From the NCBI GenBank assembly GCA_002269645.1, contig NIVC01000038.1, positions 186,001 through 250,000 of the forward strand: 64,000 nucleotides of DNA, read 5' to 3'. This document shows, in pieces, positions 48,307 through 59,940 of the stretch. Position 1 is the stretch's first letter. Each line of letters opens with the position of its first letter. Under the pieces are notes generated by a model that saw nothing but the letters and a program-made list of their open reading frames with translations, made no database searches and had not been told where the DNA came from. Source of the stretch: Macrostomum lignano (lineage: Eukaryota). Made by a program: the position numbers and the translations under genes.

Positions 48307-51300
48307 TGACTGACTGACTGACTGACTGACTGACTGACTGACTGACTGACTGACTGACTGACTGACTGACTGACTTACTTACTGACATGTCAAAACCTGA
48401 TTATTGACTTGCAGGGCTCAGCGATGGCGCGGATTCGTTGGCGCGGTCGAGGCGAGCCGCCTGCAGCGAGGGCGACTGCAAAAATGGCGGGGTTTGCTGG
48501 CCGGGTCCTGTGTCGGAAAGCACCCCTCCGTGTATGTGTCCTGATGCGTACACTGGTACTTATTGCACTAACAGAATAGACGTCTGTGCTTCAACTCCCT
48601 GCCAAAACGGAGGCACCTGCAGCAACACAGACGCGAGCCCCTGGTATCGCTGCAGCTGCGTTCCCGGCTACACAGGTGGGTGACCTGCTGCAAATCGTAA
48701 TTGAAATTCAAATCATTCTGAATTTATCCCGAATACGAAAATCTCCGCCAAATATTTCTTTGACAGAGATTCTTTAGTAGTGATATTTTCAAGCAAAAGT
48801 AATTGATAATAACATTCGTGAAAATAAAACACCAAATAAAATATTAAGTTGCTTGCACCCCTATCTCTCCATTGTCTACCTCTAAAACAATATACACAAT
48901 CTACCATTGTGTCACTCAGTGTTGATCTCTACTCACAGAACCCGGCTACCATCTCACAGATCCCAGCCATCTCACAGATCCCAGCCATCTCACAGATCCC
49001 AGCCATCTCACAGATCCCAGCCATCTCACAGATCCCAGCCATCTCACAGATCCCAGCCATCTCACAGATCCCAGCCATCTCACAGATCCCAGCCATCTCA
49101 CAGATCCCAGCCATCTCACAGATCCCAGCCATCTCACAGATCCCAGCCATCTCACAGATCCCAGCCATCTCACAGATCCCAGCCGTCTCACAGATCCCAG
49201 CCATCTCACAGATCCCAGCCATCTCACAGATCCCAGCCATCTCACAGATCCCAGCCATCTCACAGATCCCAGCCATCTCACAGATCCCAGCCATCTCACA
49301 GATCCCAGCCATCTCACAGATCCCAGCCGTCTCACAGATCCCAGCCATCTCACAGATCCCAGCCATCTCACAGATCCCAGCCATCTCACAGATCCCAGCC
49401 ATCATCTCACAGATCCCAGTCATCTCACAGATCCCAGCCATCTCACAGATTCCAGCCATCTCACAGATTCCAGCCATCTCACAGATCCCAGCCATCATCT
49501 CACAGAACCCAACCAAACATCTTAGCAGCTCTTTCAATCTTTCAGTCTCTTATATCTACCTCGTTTTTTAGTATGAAAAGCAGTTGCTACCATTGTAAGA
49601 AGACATCAGTTGTTAACAAGAAATACAAGCCAGTCAAGCCAGAACTGCACTCCCACAGAGACAGATATACTAAAATCTCAAATTATTTTACCATATTTTC
49701 TATTCCGTAATTTTCATTTATTCAGGCACTCACTGCGAGATCAACATTGATGACTGCGCCAGCAAGCCCTGCGCCAACGGCCTGTGCACGGACCTGGTGC
49801 AAAACTACAGCTGCAGCTGCTTCACAGGCTGGGAGGGCAGGAACTGCTCAGTGGACACTGACTACTGCCTGTCAGGGCCCTGTCAGAACGGCGGCGTCTG
49901 CAGTGACGGAAACTCCACGTGAGTGACTCAGGGATAAGTCCGCGTTTTTTTTCTTTTCTTTGAATGATGTTGGCTTTCTGATTTGTATTTTATCAGCATG
50001 CGTGTTTGTGCTCGTAGCTGAGTGTTTGCGGTCCCTTTATAAACAAATAATTAATGAAGGAACATTCATTTTCGAGCGCTTCTATCGCAGTTTTAAGCGC
50101 TATCGGGCTCAGAGGGTGATTGGGAGGGCGGTGTTGGCCTCCGGCAGACTCAGAGTCTGGGTTTGAGACTGGCTGAGAGAAAATAGAGAAAAACTAAACT
50201 CCTTGACGGAGAGTCGCTTTCACAAGACCAAAATTTCGCAACGCCGAAAGGCGCCGAAAACTATTGTAAGGTCCTTTATAAGACCGAAACTTCTTAAAAC
50301 CGAAATTTCACATCATAGAAAACTCAATATAAAAAGGATCATGCAGAATATTCGGTGTAATGAAATTTCGGCTTTATGAAGTTTCGGTCTTGTGAAGTAA
50401 AATGGATGAGAGGCGAATCACGTGAGACTTACTTCAAGCAACTGACGTCAACTCCTTGTCTAAAAAGGATCAGATGCCGTAGCACGTGACCTCAACCATA
50501 AAAACGGGCCAAACAGTGCAGTAAGACTTGTCATGGGACGAAGTTAGATGGCAAGGGAAAGGCGAGCCACAAGTGAAACCACGAGTGAGCGCCTGAAAGG
50601 AGCGAACAAAAAGCAGGCCACGGCAACGAAGACCAGTGGCTGCAAACAGAGAGCAATGAACAATCGGGGCGGGCAGGGAGCAGACAGCACGACGCTGGGG
50701 AGGAGGGGCAAGACTGCACACAAGCGCCACATGGCGGGCAAACCAAAATGGGAGCTGTGCGCTGCCCACTAAACTGCAAAACCTAACAGTTAATCTAGTG
50801 GCTCACTACAAAATAAACTTCGATTCTTCACTTTACGAGTAAATAATGATATATATTTTTCATGCAAAAAACACAGGTTCACCTGCGACTGCTCTCGCGT
50901 CGACTTCCAAGGCGACACCTGCAGCTCCAAGATCGATGACTGCGCATCAAGTCCGTGCCAGCACGGCGGCAGGTGCATCGACGGTGTCAGGGGCTTCACC
51001 TGCGACTGCTCTGCCACCGACTTCTACGGACCGAACTGCCAAAGCCGCATTGACGACTGCGCCAGCAACCCGTGCAGCCACAACGCCACCTGCACTGACG
51101 GGCACAGAGACTTCAGCTGCAGCTGCTTCAGCGGCTACTCGGGAAAGACCTGCTCCGATGACGAGCCGGACTGCTCGCCGAATCCGTGCCAGTTCGGTGG
51201 CGCCTGTCTGGAGCGCAGCAACCCGGCTCTGTATGGAAAGTCACCGCTGCCAGCGCCGTTCAACGGCAGCTTCAGCAACGCGCTGGCTGCCGGATTCGTC

Positions 51301-54300
51301 TGCCTCTGCCCACATGGTGAGGAGGTCCGGTATCATATTTACTGTGCAGATTCCAATCTACAATAATTTTTATCTGACTGCTACAGGTACCTACGGAGAA
51401 AACTGCTCCATCAATCCGAACGACTGTCTGGACCCGGCCACCAACCGCAGCGTGTGCGCTCACGCGTCAAACTGCACGGACGGCCTGGCCTCATTCACCT
51501 GCCACTGCCTGCCCGGCTACGAGGGCCCGACCTGCTCAGCCGACATCAACGAGTGCGAGCGGTTCGGACAGCCGTGTAGGAACGGAGCCGTCTGTAAGGA
51601 CCTGGTAGCGGATTATGCCTGCACCGGCTGCCCCGCTGACTACGGAGGCAAAAACTGCAACGTCAGACTGACTGGCTGCGACTCCAGCCCGTGCCACATT
51701 AATGCTACTTGCGAGCCTCTGCTTCTTCAGGAAGTTCCATCACTTGCTCACGGCTACCGCTGCACCTGCAAGCCTGGCTGGTCTGGACCGCAGTGCAACG
51801 AGACCACTCTGGCGTCATTCAACGGGACGTCCAGTTTCAGCGTCAATTTTAACACAACAGCTGACTGCACCTTCGAGCTGTCGTTCCGCACGACTCTCGC
51901 CCACTTCGATCTGGTCCGGCTCTCGTCTCACTGGGGAGCCATCCAAGTCGGCGCTCACAACTCCAGTCTCGTGCTGTTGTTCGTCAATGCCTCATCGTCT
52001 GTGATTGGTCGAATCGCTTGGCCAATCAGTGACAGCTTAGCCTCTACTGATTGGCTGACGCTGTCGATCTCGCTGACCAATGGCAGAGCGACATTGAGTC
52101 GCAGTGAGTCAGGAGTGAGTCAGATGCCTGGAGCACAGCTGGTCGACGGACTGTCGGACTCATTCAAGCCGAACAGTCGAATGTCGGTTCGTGTCGGCGG
52201 CGAGAGCGGATCCGACATCGACGGCGGCGGCTTCCGCGGCTGCGTGAGAGACCTGCGGCTCGTGACGGACGATTCGATGATCGTCGCTACGGAGACCACG
52301 ACAGAGTCGAGCAACGCGACCTGGGGAGTCTGCAGTCGGTCGGTGCAGTGCGGCAGTCCGTCGCCTTGTGAAGCAAAGACGAGCTCGATGTGCTCAGATG
52401 TGTGGAACGACTTTGTGTGCCACTGCGCTGCGGACTTCGGAGGCCGGCGCTGCTCCGTTGAGCTTCCATCGTTCTCACTGGGTGTGGGCGGCAGCGTGTC
52501 ATCAGCGATCTTCGCGTCTGCAGCAGGTGTGTCAAGTGTGTATGGCGGAGACTCGTGGACGATTGAGCTGAGGCTGGTGACTTTGTCTCGAGGAGCGTTT
52601 CTGCTGCTGCTGGGCGACCCGAGCGACTCGGCGACCACTCCGAGACTGCTCGCTACGGTCAGTGTCATTGTGGTACTCCTCTGTAGACGTTCAAGGTGTT
52701 TAACGTCAGTTTTTGCTTTATATCTTTTCAGATCGATCACTCTGGCCGTATGTCCGCCCAGTTACTGTACGGCAACGGCTCCCTCATCGCAGCGCTGACG
52801 TCCTCAGACTCGGTGGCCACCGGCAGCTTCGTCTCCGTGAAGATCTCCGTGTCGATATCGGGTCGCTCGCTGTCGCTGTCAGTGTCATCTTCAGTCAGGT
52901 CGGCATCGCTGAGCAATGCGAGTCCGCTGCCGCAGCTGTCAGGCCAGCTCATCATCGGCGGCTTCAGCGGTCTTCGAGCAGCTCCGGCTCCGTCGCCCGA
53001 TTCCACAGGCCGGGGCGCTTCGAGAACAAAGAGATCGGCAGATGTCTCGCTGTCTAGAGTTGCTTCAGCGGCAGGAAATGTCACCGCGTTTCGGGGCTTG
53101 CTGAGGTCAATCAAGGTGAACGGTGACACTCCACTGATTCTGGTTGCTGGGATTGACGGCTTCGAGGGCCTCACAGGTGCCGTGGTAGCCAGCGAGTCGA
53201 CAGAGATTGTCCGAGGCATTTTCAACAATACCGTGTGCGAAGAGTTTCGACCTTGTAGAAATGGAGCGACCTGCACTAACGGGCTCTACTATTCGTACCG
53301 GTGAGTTTATTGTCATGTCATCAGTTAAGCAACTGCTGCAGTCCATGGCTAATCTGCTTCGATACCACTGAATGCCTCAATTTCAGCTGCGTTTGCCACC
53401 CGGGCTACTCGGGCGAGGACTGCTCCGTCGACCATCCCGACTGCAGCTCGAATCCGTGCGGCGCCGACTCGTTTTGTCTGGAGCGAAGCATTGAAGATTT
53501 GTACAGCAATGCGTCCAGCCTGGCGCCGTTCAACGGCTCCTTCAGCTACTCGAAGGCTGCAGGCTTTGAGTGCGTGCGCATAATGGCACCGAATGAGACT
53601 GCCACCAGTAGTGAGGCTGCCGCCAGTAAGTAGTGAGGCTGCCGCCAGTAAGTAGTGAGGCTGCTGCCAGTAAGTAGTGAGACTGCCGCCAGTAAGTAGT
53701 GAGGCTGCCGCCAGTAAGTAGTGAGGCTGCCGCCAGTAAGTAGTGAGGCTGCTGCCAGTAAGTAGTGAGGCTGCCGCCATTAAGTAGTGAGGCTGCCGCC
53801 AGTAAGTAGTGAGGCTGCCTCTGTCTTTGAGGAGTGAAGTACAGTCAGAGCAATCGAATTTCAGTAACATCTGCTCGATTTGGTCAACAAAATAGTCATT
53901 CACTTAAAGTGAATATCCGCAGTTTATTGCCCGCTAGCCACTGACAAAAAACCATTGCGCTTTGTATCCTAAACTTTCATCAGACAATGAAAGATGTTTC
54001 AAAAACTATTGTAATCTGAAAAAACTTAGCTATATTTTTGGCTCGATGTTAAAGATCCGTTTCAATGTTTAAGAGGCCTAGTAAAGAGGTCTCGTAAATG
54101 CAGATTTGTTCGAGTTTCGAATTTCGAATTAGAAAAAAGGGCCAAGCACCATGGCAAAAACACCTTGCAACGTTGCTCGTACTTCAAAAGTCTCATTCAA
54201 TTGAACCCATTACCTATTAAAGGTGGCTTTTTTCCCACCTGGGCCATTTCTTTGGCAACCTTCATATTTGGAGTTCTTCTGTCAGTTTCCGTGTTTCTCC

Positions 54301-55303
54301 TGCTGCTCAACCGGCATCGGAACGTGAGTCCCTGCTCGGCCAGTTCCTTCAACAAATCCTATATACTATATGTCTAATTGTCATCATAAATATAAATTTC
54401 AGGGCAAACTGTCACTTGGATATTTCGAGAGACAGGTAATCCGTCAATTATTAAAGGAACGGTGCCAATTGTTGTATATTTACTGATTAAATCCTGTTGC
54501 TTCACCATTAAGGCCCCTGTTATGGAAAATGTGAAACGAAGAAGTGCAGCGAAGGTTTTGAGCGATCTGAAAAACCGACTGAGTTCGCGAAATGAGCACA
54601 ACTACCTGACATCTGACAAGCATTCGGTAAGGCCTCTGTTCACATGCAGTCATGCTGATAGGGCCTCATCTCTGCTGTCTCATAGAAAGAGCTTTTGTAT
54701 TAGAAAAGGTTTTATTTGCAAACTCTATTTTAACTCGTAGAATTTAAAACTAATCTAGCAAAAAAATAACTCCAAACAGTTGTAATGCTGTTGGTTTTGA
54801 AACGGAAAGCGAAATTAACAAACTAGGTGAACTTTTGATAGATACTGCATAGATGGCTAGAAAGTTAGATAGATACATACTCATGGATAGATACGTTTGC
54901 TATAAATAGACAATGTATTGATATTATGTTTTCTTAACTCTAATTAGTAATAAATGCTGTAATAAATTTTCAGCAAATCTCTACCGTCGAAAGATACGAA
55001 ATGGCTCCATACGATGTGATCAACGATGCGGAGACAAAGCCAGATGAAGTCTCTCCTGAGCAGGTTTGCTTCTAGCAATTGATTTGTTTGCCTACCAGAA
55101 AGAGTTGCGCTGAGCAAACTGTGAGCAGCAATTCCTGCTTCAACCCGCTGTAGGAAGTCGAACCTGCGGCCGGCTCCAATCGGTTCAACAGCGAGCTGTC
55201 ATCAGCCTACGATGTTATCCCGGACCTGACAGCGGGCCAGAAGCAGCAGAGGCAGAAAGCTGATCAGCAGCTCAACAATTATCAACCGGATGAATACTGC
55301 TGA
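47053..55303 (+). CDS. Gene 4: Crumbs-like type-I receptor (SP, propeptide, 10 EGF, LamG, EGF, LamG, EGF, truncated EGF, TM, Tyr-motif tail), ~1185 aa
   Basis: Exons 47053-47149 (MPMLSWRFLQHLLLLTVAYQSGAVSVSSELSD), 48415-48675, 49726-49918, 50877-51316, 51387-52657, 52732-53300, 53387-53625, 54223-54323, 54403-54435, 54513-54626, 54974-55063, 55154-55303; phases join, total 3558 nt, no internal stop seen. Confidence 0.85.
47355..47800. repeat. 20-bp minisatellite AGACAGGGGCGCCC(A/G)ACAAG (gene 4 intron 1)
   Basis: About 22 units; degenerate homolog at 60270-60610. Confidence 0.95.
47991..48386. repeat. (TGAC)n microsatellite (gene 4 intron 1)
   Basis: About 100 units; shorter homolog at 60825-60932. 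Confidence 0.97.
48935..49515. repeat. 18-bp derivative (ACAGATCCCAGCCATCTC) of the 21-bp intron-2 minisatellite
   Basis: Highly homogeneous 18-bp units with occasional 21-bp units. Confidence 0.95.
50211..50419. mobile_element. Possible MITE-like inverted-repeat element in gene 4 intron 3
   Basis: TTCACAAGACC(A/G)AAA near the left end is inverted as TTTCGGTCTTGTGAA near the right; outer GAGTCGC/GCGAATC; no clear TSD. Confidence 0.35.
53626..53818 (+). repeat. 22-bp splice-donor minisatellite (gene 4)
   Basis: About 9 units starting at the pre-TM donor. Confidence 0.95.
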
Positions 55304-56474
55304 CTGTTGAGCAGCTGAGCTGCTGAGAGTCATCTGCCAAGTGTGGTGTTGTTGCGGCATTACTGTTATATGTTTGCAACCAGTTAACTTTTCACCATTT
55401 TCTATGGCTTCATGTTTTGGTAAAGTTGTTTGGTAACAACGTACGAGCCAACACTTACTACGGTTGCTAGCAAAAAACTTTGTTTATTCTCATTCCAAGC
55501 TAGTGTTGTTACTGATATTGTACATGTAGCCCGTAGTGGCCTCTTCCGTGGCCTCAATACTCTTTGCGATCCCTTTATTTTATTTAATCGCACTGTTTCG
55601 CTTCCGTTGCTGCCTTATTTTCGCCCTCCTGTCCTGCTCACCTCTCCAAATATTTATTGAAACTTTAACCCTTAAGCACGATCGTATTTTGGGTCTCTAA
55701 TGCAGATAAAAGGCCAAATATAATTGTTCATTTTAGTTTAAATGGCAATTCTGCATAGGATGGGTCTTGGGCCTTGTGTATGCAGAGCATAGCATATTTA
55801 AACACATATATAAAATAATCTCTGTCTGTGCACGGCATGCTGTGAGAGTGTAAATATTTTTGTTCTATAAATAGCATACTTGACAGAAAATTGTTTTCTG
55901 AGTGCAAAACAGGAAGGCTCGGTGACTAAGACTTGGTATAAACACAGTCGCATGCTTCTCAATGCATGCTTTCGGTATGTCTCTCACTGCTGCCCAAAAA
56001 TGGGCCTACTGTATTTACGAAATTGAAGCTTCAAAGAGGAAAATATTTCAATTTTGTGACAAGCATTGTAGATTTTCAGAAGGAAATGCCGCTGTAATTT
56101 ATAAACATTTTATGTGTAGCTTTTTTTTATCCTGTGTATCCTGTTTCAATACGAGTTCTTTGAAGTTTATTGTAGTTTGCTTCAATTTCTAGTAAATATC
56201 GCATCAGTCTACGAGCGTAGCTTTAAAAGTGTTAAGGCCAGAATTGAAACTATTGGTGAAAATAATACAAGTCTTTATATGCTTGTATAAATATCGCGGT
56301 TAGTTTTGGGTCGTCATTGCAACAAGGGCAACGAGAAGCCGACTGATGTGCTGCACTGCTGGTTTCGACGGCTGCGTCACAAAATGACACACACTGCTGT
56401 ATTTGAAAACAGTACTAATGCAACAGAAACAGCATTGGAACAGATACACGTGGATGAGGGACGGGAAAGGCTAG

Positions 56475-57525
56475 TGAAGTAGTTTGGGGTTTCTCGGGGT
56501 GGCCTGGTAGGTCTTTGAATCCCACCGCTTCCACCAGTGTTGTACTAGACTGTTTGCTTCCCGGTTAGGCGCTTAAGATTACCTTAAGACTCGAGCCTCT
56601 TCAGTGGGAAGTTCTCTCAACTCTCAGTAGCGTAGGTAGTGCTGCCACCAGTTCCTTCAGGTCTCGGCCTTCGATGAGGTGAGCTTCCCGTCGGAACGAA
56701 ATAAACAAGTCAACGAACTCAGCACAGCTGAGAACGGGAACGAACAAGGCGTCCTGATCAGCAGATCCCCGCCGGGCTCAGGGGTGGCTGGGAAGGCAGT
56801 GTTAGCCTCCCTTAGGCTTGGGCTTTAGTGGGGTCTCAGTCAGACCAGTACAAACGGATTCAGTACGCAAAGGGCACTTAGTTAGACACTGACGCACACG
56901 GGATCTTAGTGAATTCTTCGCAGATAAGAAGCCAATCTTTGACGGAAACAAGGGGAGAGGGGTCCTATTTATAGCCGGGAAACACCCACGCACAAGACCT
57001 CGTGACTTGTTCTATTTTTAGAACTGACGTCACTTGAGATCTCGAGGCAGGGTCTCAGTGCGCGCAAGACCTCGTGACTCGTTCTATTTTTAGAACTGAC
57101 GTCACTTGAGGTCTCCGGCCAGAGTACACGCGGCTGTGACTCAGTTGCTATTTTTAGCAACATGAGTCACTCCTCTCCTTAGAGAAGGGAGGGGTCCGAA
57201 AGCACGTGATTCTCCCGGTAAACAGGGCCAACGAGTGCAGTAAACATGTTTACTGCACTTTAGGACTCGAAGAACGCAGAGTCTGTCATGTGACTTGCTC
57301 ACATGACAGAGGAAAACGAGACGGGAACGAAACAGAGACAGCCCACAGCAGAGAAGCTGAGGGCTGAGAACAGAGGCGCAGAAGGGCAGAACAGGCCAAG
57401 GGCAGCAACAGACGGGCCAGGGGGGGGGGTGGGAAGCTGACCAGCGGCAGACAGCAACCCAGGGCGAGGGCGAGGGAGACTGCTGACAAAGTGGGATGCC
57501 TACCATCAACTAGCGGATCACTACA
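56475..57525 (-). mobile_element. Single LTR (~988 bp, 56538-57525) with adjacent PBS and ~40 bp of internal sequence
   Basis: Minus-strand termini TGTAG...ACAACA; PBS TGGTGGAAGCGGTGGGATTC (56517-56536) resembles the complement of a tRNA-Leu 3' end; TATA on the minus strand; CTAG at 56471-56474 and 57526-57529; absent at the homologous position near 3385. Confidence 0.75.
56965..57169 (-). promoter_or_regulatory. LTR U3 promoter/enhancer: TATA plus three MEF2-consensus, two CRE and two AP-1 sites
   Basis: CTATTTATAG 56965-56974; CTATTTTTAG 57012-57021, 57084-57093, 57148-57157; TGACGTCA 57025-57032, 57097-57104; TGACTCA 57137-57143, TGAGTCA 57163-57169. Confidence 0.6.
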
Positions 57526-57819
57526 CTAGCAAGGGGGCACCATATCAACGTCGCAAATCCCCTTTTTTCAGGTATTCTCGATTTGGCCTTTAAAACAGGG
57601 AAACATGAGCAGCGTTCATTGGAGCTTTGGTTGGCGAATGCTGTGCAGCAGGGCCATAACCTGCCGCTCCGACTACTGCATGACGGCCTGCTCTGACTGA
57701 AATGGCGTCTATCCCTGCCAGTCTCCTCCGCGCCAGGATGCTGATCGCTTTGCACAGAAACGTCACAAAGGTGCCTCCACGCTGGCGGTAGACGATCCAA
57801 GGGTTCCAGACCCAGAAGC

Positions 57820-58240
57820 AGCATGGGATGGCTTGGGGGATGGGTTGAGGGATGGCTTGGGGGATGGGTTGAGGGTTGGCTTGGGGGATGGGTTGAGGGG
57901 TGGCTTGGGGGATGGGTTGGGAGATGGGTTGAGGGATGGGTTGAGGGATGGGTTGAGGGATGGGTTGAGGGGTGGCTTGGGGGATGGGTTGGGGGATGGG
58001 TTGAGGGATGGGTTGAGGGATGGGTTGAGGGATGGGTTGAGGGATGGGTTGAGGGATGGGTTGAGGGGTGGCTTGGGGGATGGGTTGGGGGATGGGTTGA
58101 GGGATGGGTTGAGGGATGGGTTGAGGGATGGGTTGAGGGATGGGTTGGGGGATGAGTTGAGGGATGGGTTCGTGGGGTTGGGGGACGGGTTGGGGGATGG
58201 CTTGTAGTATAGGTTGTGGGATGTGTTGGGGGATGGTTTG
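57820..58240. repeat. G-rich 12-bp repeat (GGGATGGGTTGA)n
   Basis: Homolog of the arrays at 3655 and 28138 within the same dispersed repeat. Confidence 0.88.
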
Positions 58241-59194
58241 GGGCACGCCGCGTAACGAGCGTACATGTATGTGGCCAGGATTTTTTATTACACACGTCAA
58301 GTGGAGGCACCATCGTAGGGCGCCTCTTCAGTCCATTCCAGGGGTGCTCAGGTTAAAATATAATTGTTAAGCACCAGTTATACCGGTATATTTCGGTTGT
58401 TTTAGTCAAGGATCAAGGCTGGAACGCAAAGCCAATATGCATTACCTGAATAAGAAATGTTCAGAGCATAGTCTCAATTCTCTGCCCTGAAACAGCCAGT
58501 GCATCAAATGCTGTTTTGAGTCTCGGTAGACTAATCTGCCCAGGCACAGTTTTGCATCCATTTAATTTCGTGCTTATTTTTTCTGCTCGGCCCTATCACA
58601 AAAAACAATGACAGGGTAGAAATTAGCTGCAAGATTATCAACACTCAGTGCACACGAAGTTCTCCAGTTTCTGTCTTCTTAATTATTAAGAGCATAAGTT
58701 GGATAACTGTGTCGCAGACAGCACTATAAATGCATGCCTATTTATTTGTTATAAATAGAAACATCAGCATCTGCGATGCTGTGCTTTGCCTTCTAATTCT
58801 CTATTGTTCTAAATAACGAGGTCGAGCTGTGTACATCGAAACTTCTTTTTTATACATACGTCTTGTTAACTTCTGGAACGAAAGTGGTCTGTCGTTACTA
58901 ATACCCTGCATAAAATCTAGAGCTTCATCGCCATTGACATTGCTGTCTGTAAGTTGCACCTGTAATCCTGCAGAATGCATGCATGCTTGTTGCTTGTTTA
59001 CAGTTTTATCGATATTTTTCCATCGAAAATATCCTTTGAAAGTTGAACAGCTTGAAATGCAAGAGCCTTCACACCCACACACTCCCAGCTTAAACCTAAA
59101 CACTCTTAGAACATGGGTCGGCGAACTGTATCCGGCCCTCGGGTCCTTTTAAACTTCACAATAGCAATCCGGCCCACTCAATGTCTGTCTCTTA

Positions 59195-59465
59195 TCAGCT
59201 CTCTTCGCTCTAGTCTCCTCTCTCCTCTCTCTCGTCTCCTTCTATCATCTCCTCTGTCCTCTCCTTTCCCAATTCTCTCCTCTCTTCCCTCCTATTACTT
59301 CTCTTTTTTTCTCCTCTTTTCTCCTTCTCCTCTCCCTTTTCTCTCATTCTCTCCTCTTTGATTCCATCCCTCTTCTGCTCTCATCTCCTCTCTTCTTATT
59401 TATTACCTCACCCCCTTTCTCCTATCTTTCTTCTCTCTTCCCTCTCCTCTGTACCCTCCTCTGGC
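59195..59465. repeat. Polypyrimidine (CT-rich) low-complexity tract
   Basis: About 270 bp almost entirely C/T on the + strand. Confidence 0.85.
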
Positions 59466-59940
59466 CCGCAGCCATGCGCTAGATTCTCCAACTGGCCCTC
59501 GAGTTACAAAAGTTTGCCAAAGCCCGCTCAAGAAGATGCACATCTCAGCACTTTAACAATCTAACCAAGTTTTCATCAACAATTTCTTGATGCCCAGAAC
59601 CCATGAAGCAGCTGGAAACTTTCGACGTCGGAGTACTTGACGTCGATAGACATCGCTAGCAGATTTAGTATTTTTACATTTAGGTCGAAGGATGTCGACA
59701 GTGAAACGTAAGAGTACCGCCGCCACCATTTTCCAGCGAGGTTGACGGACCTCGGAAACTTGGGATTGCTGGACGGTCAACCGTATCACCTTCGTATATT
59801 GAACTGTCTTGCATATTAAATTCGTACTCAGTGTACGGCATTACGAATCGTTCGTTACGCAAACTTGCAACTAGCTAAACATATTGTTTTTTAAAATAAT
59901 TTTCAGCTGACGCATCATCATAAATTCAATATCGCTTTCA

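Noticed and set aside
50846-52798. 650-aa ORF
   Set aside because: Its first part is an off-frame reading of exon 50877-51316 running through a 70-nt intron into the true frame of the next exon.
641-58300. Long repetitive ORFs (SSQQSAV, PGAPA, LTDPIHH, AASLLTG, APLSLQV, SQSV, SQIPAI, PQPI)
   Set aside because: They are translations of stop-free mini/microsatellites, usually open in several frames and strands, with no splice or start context.
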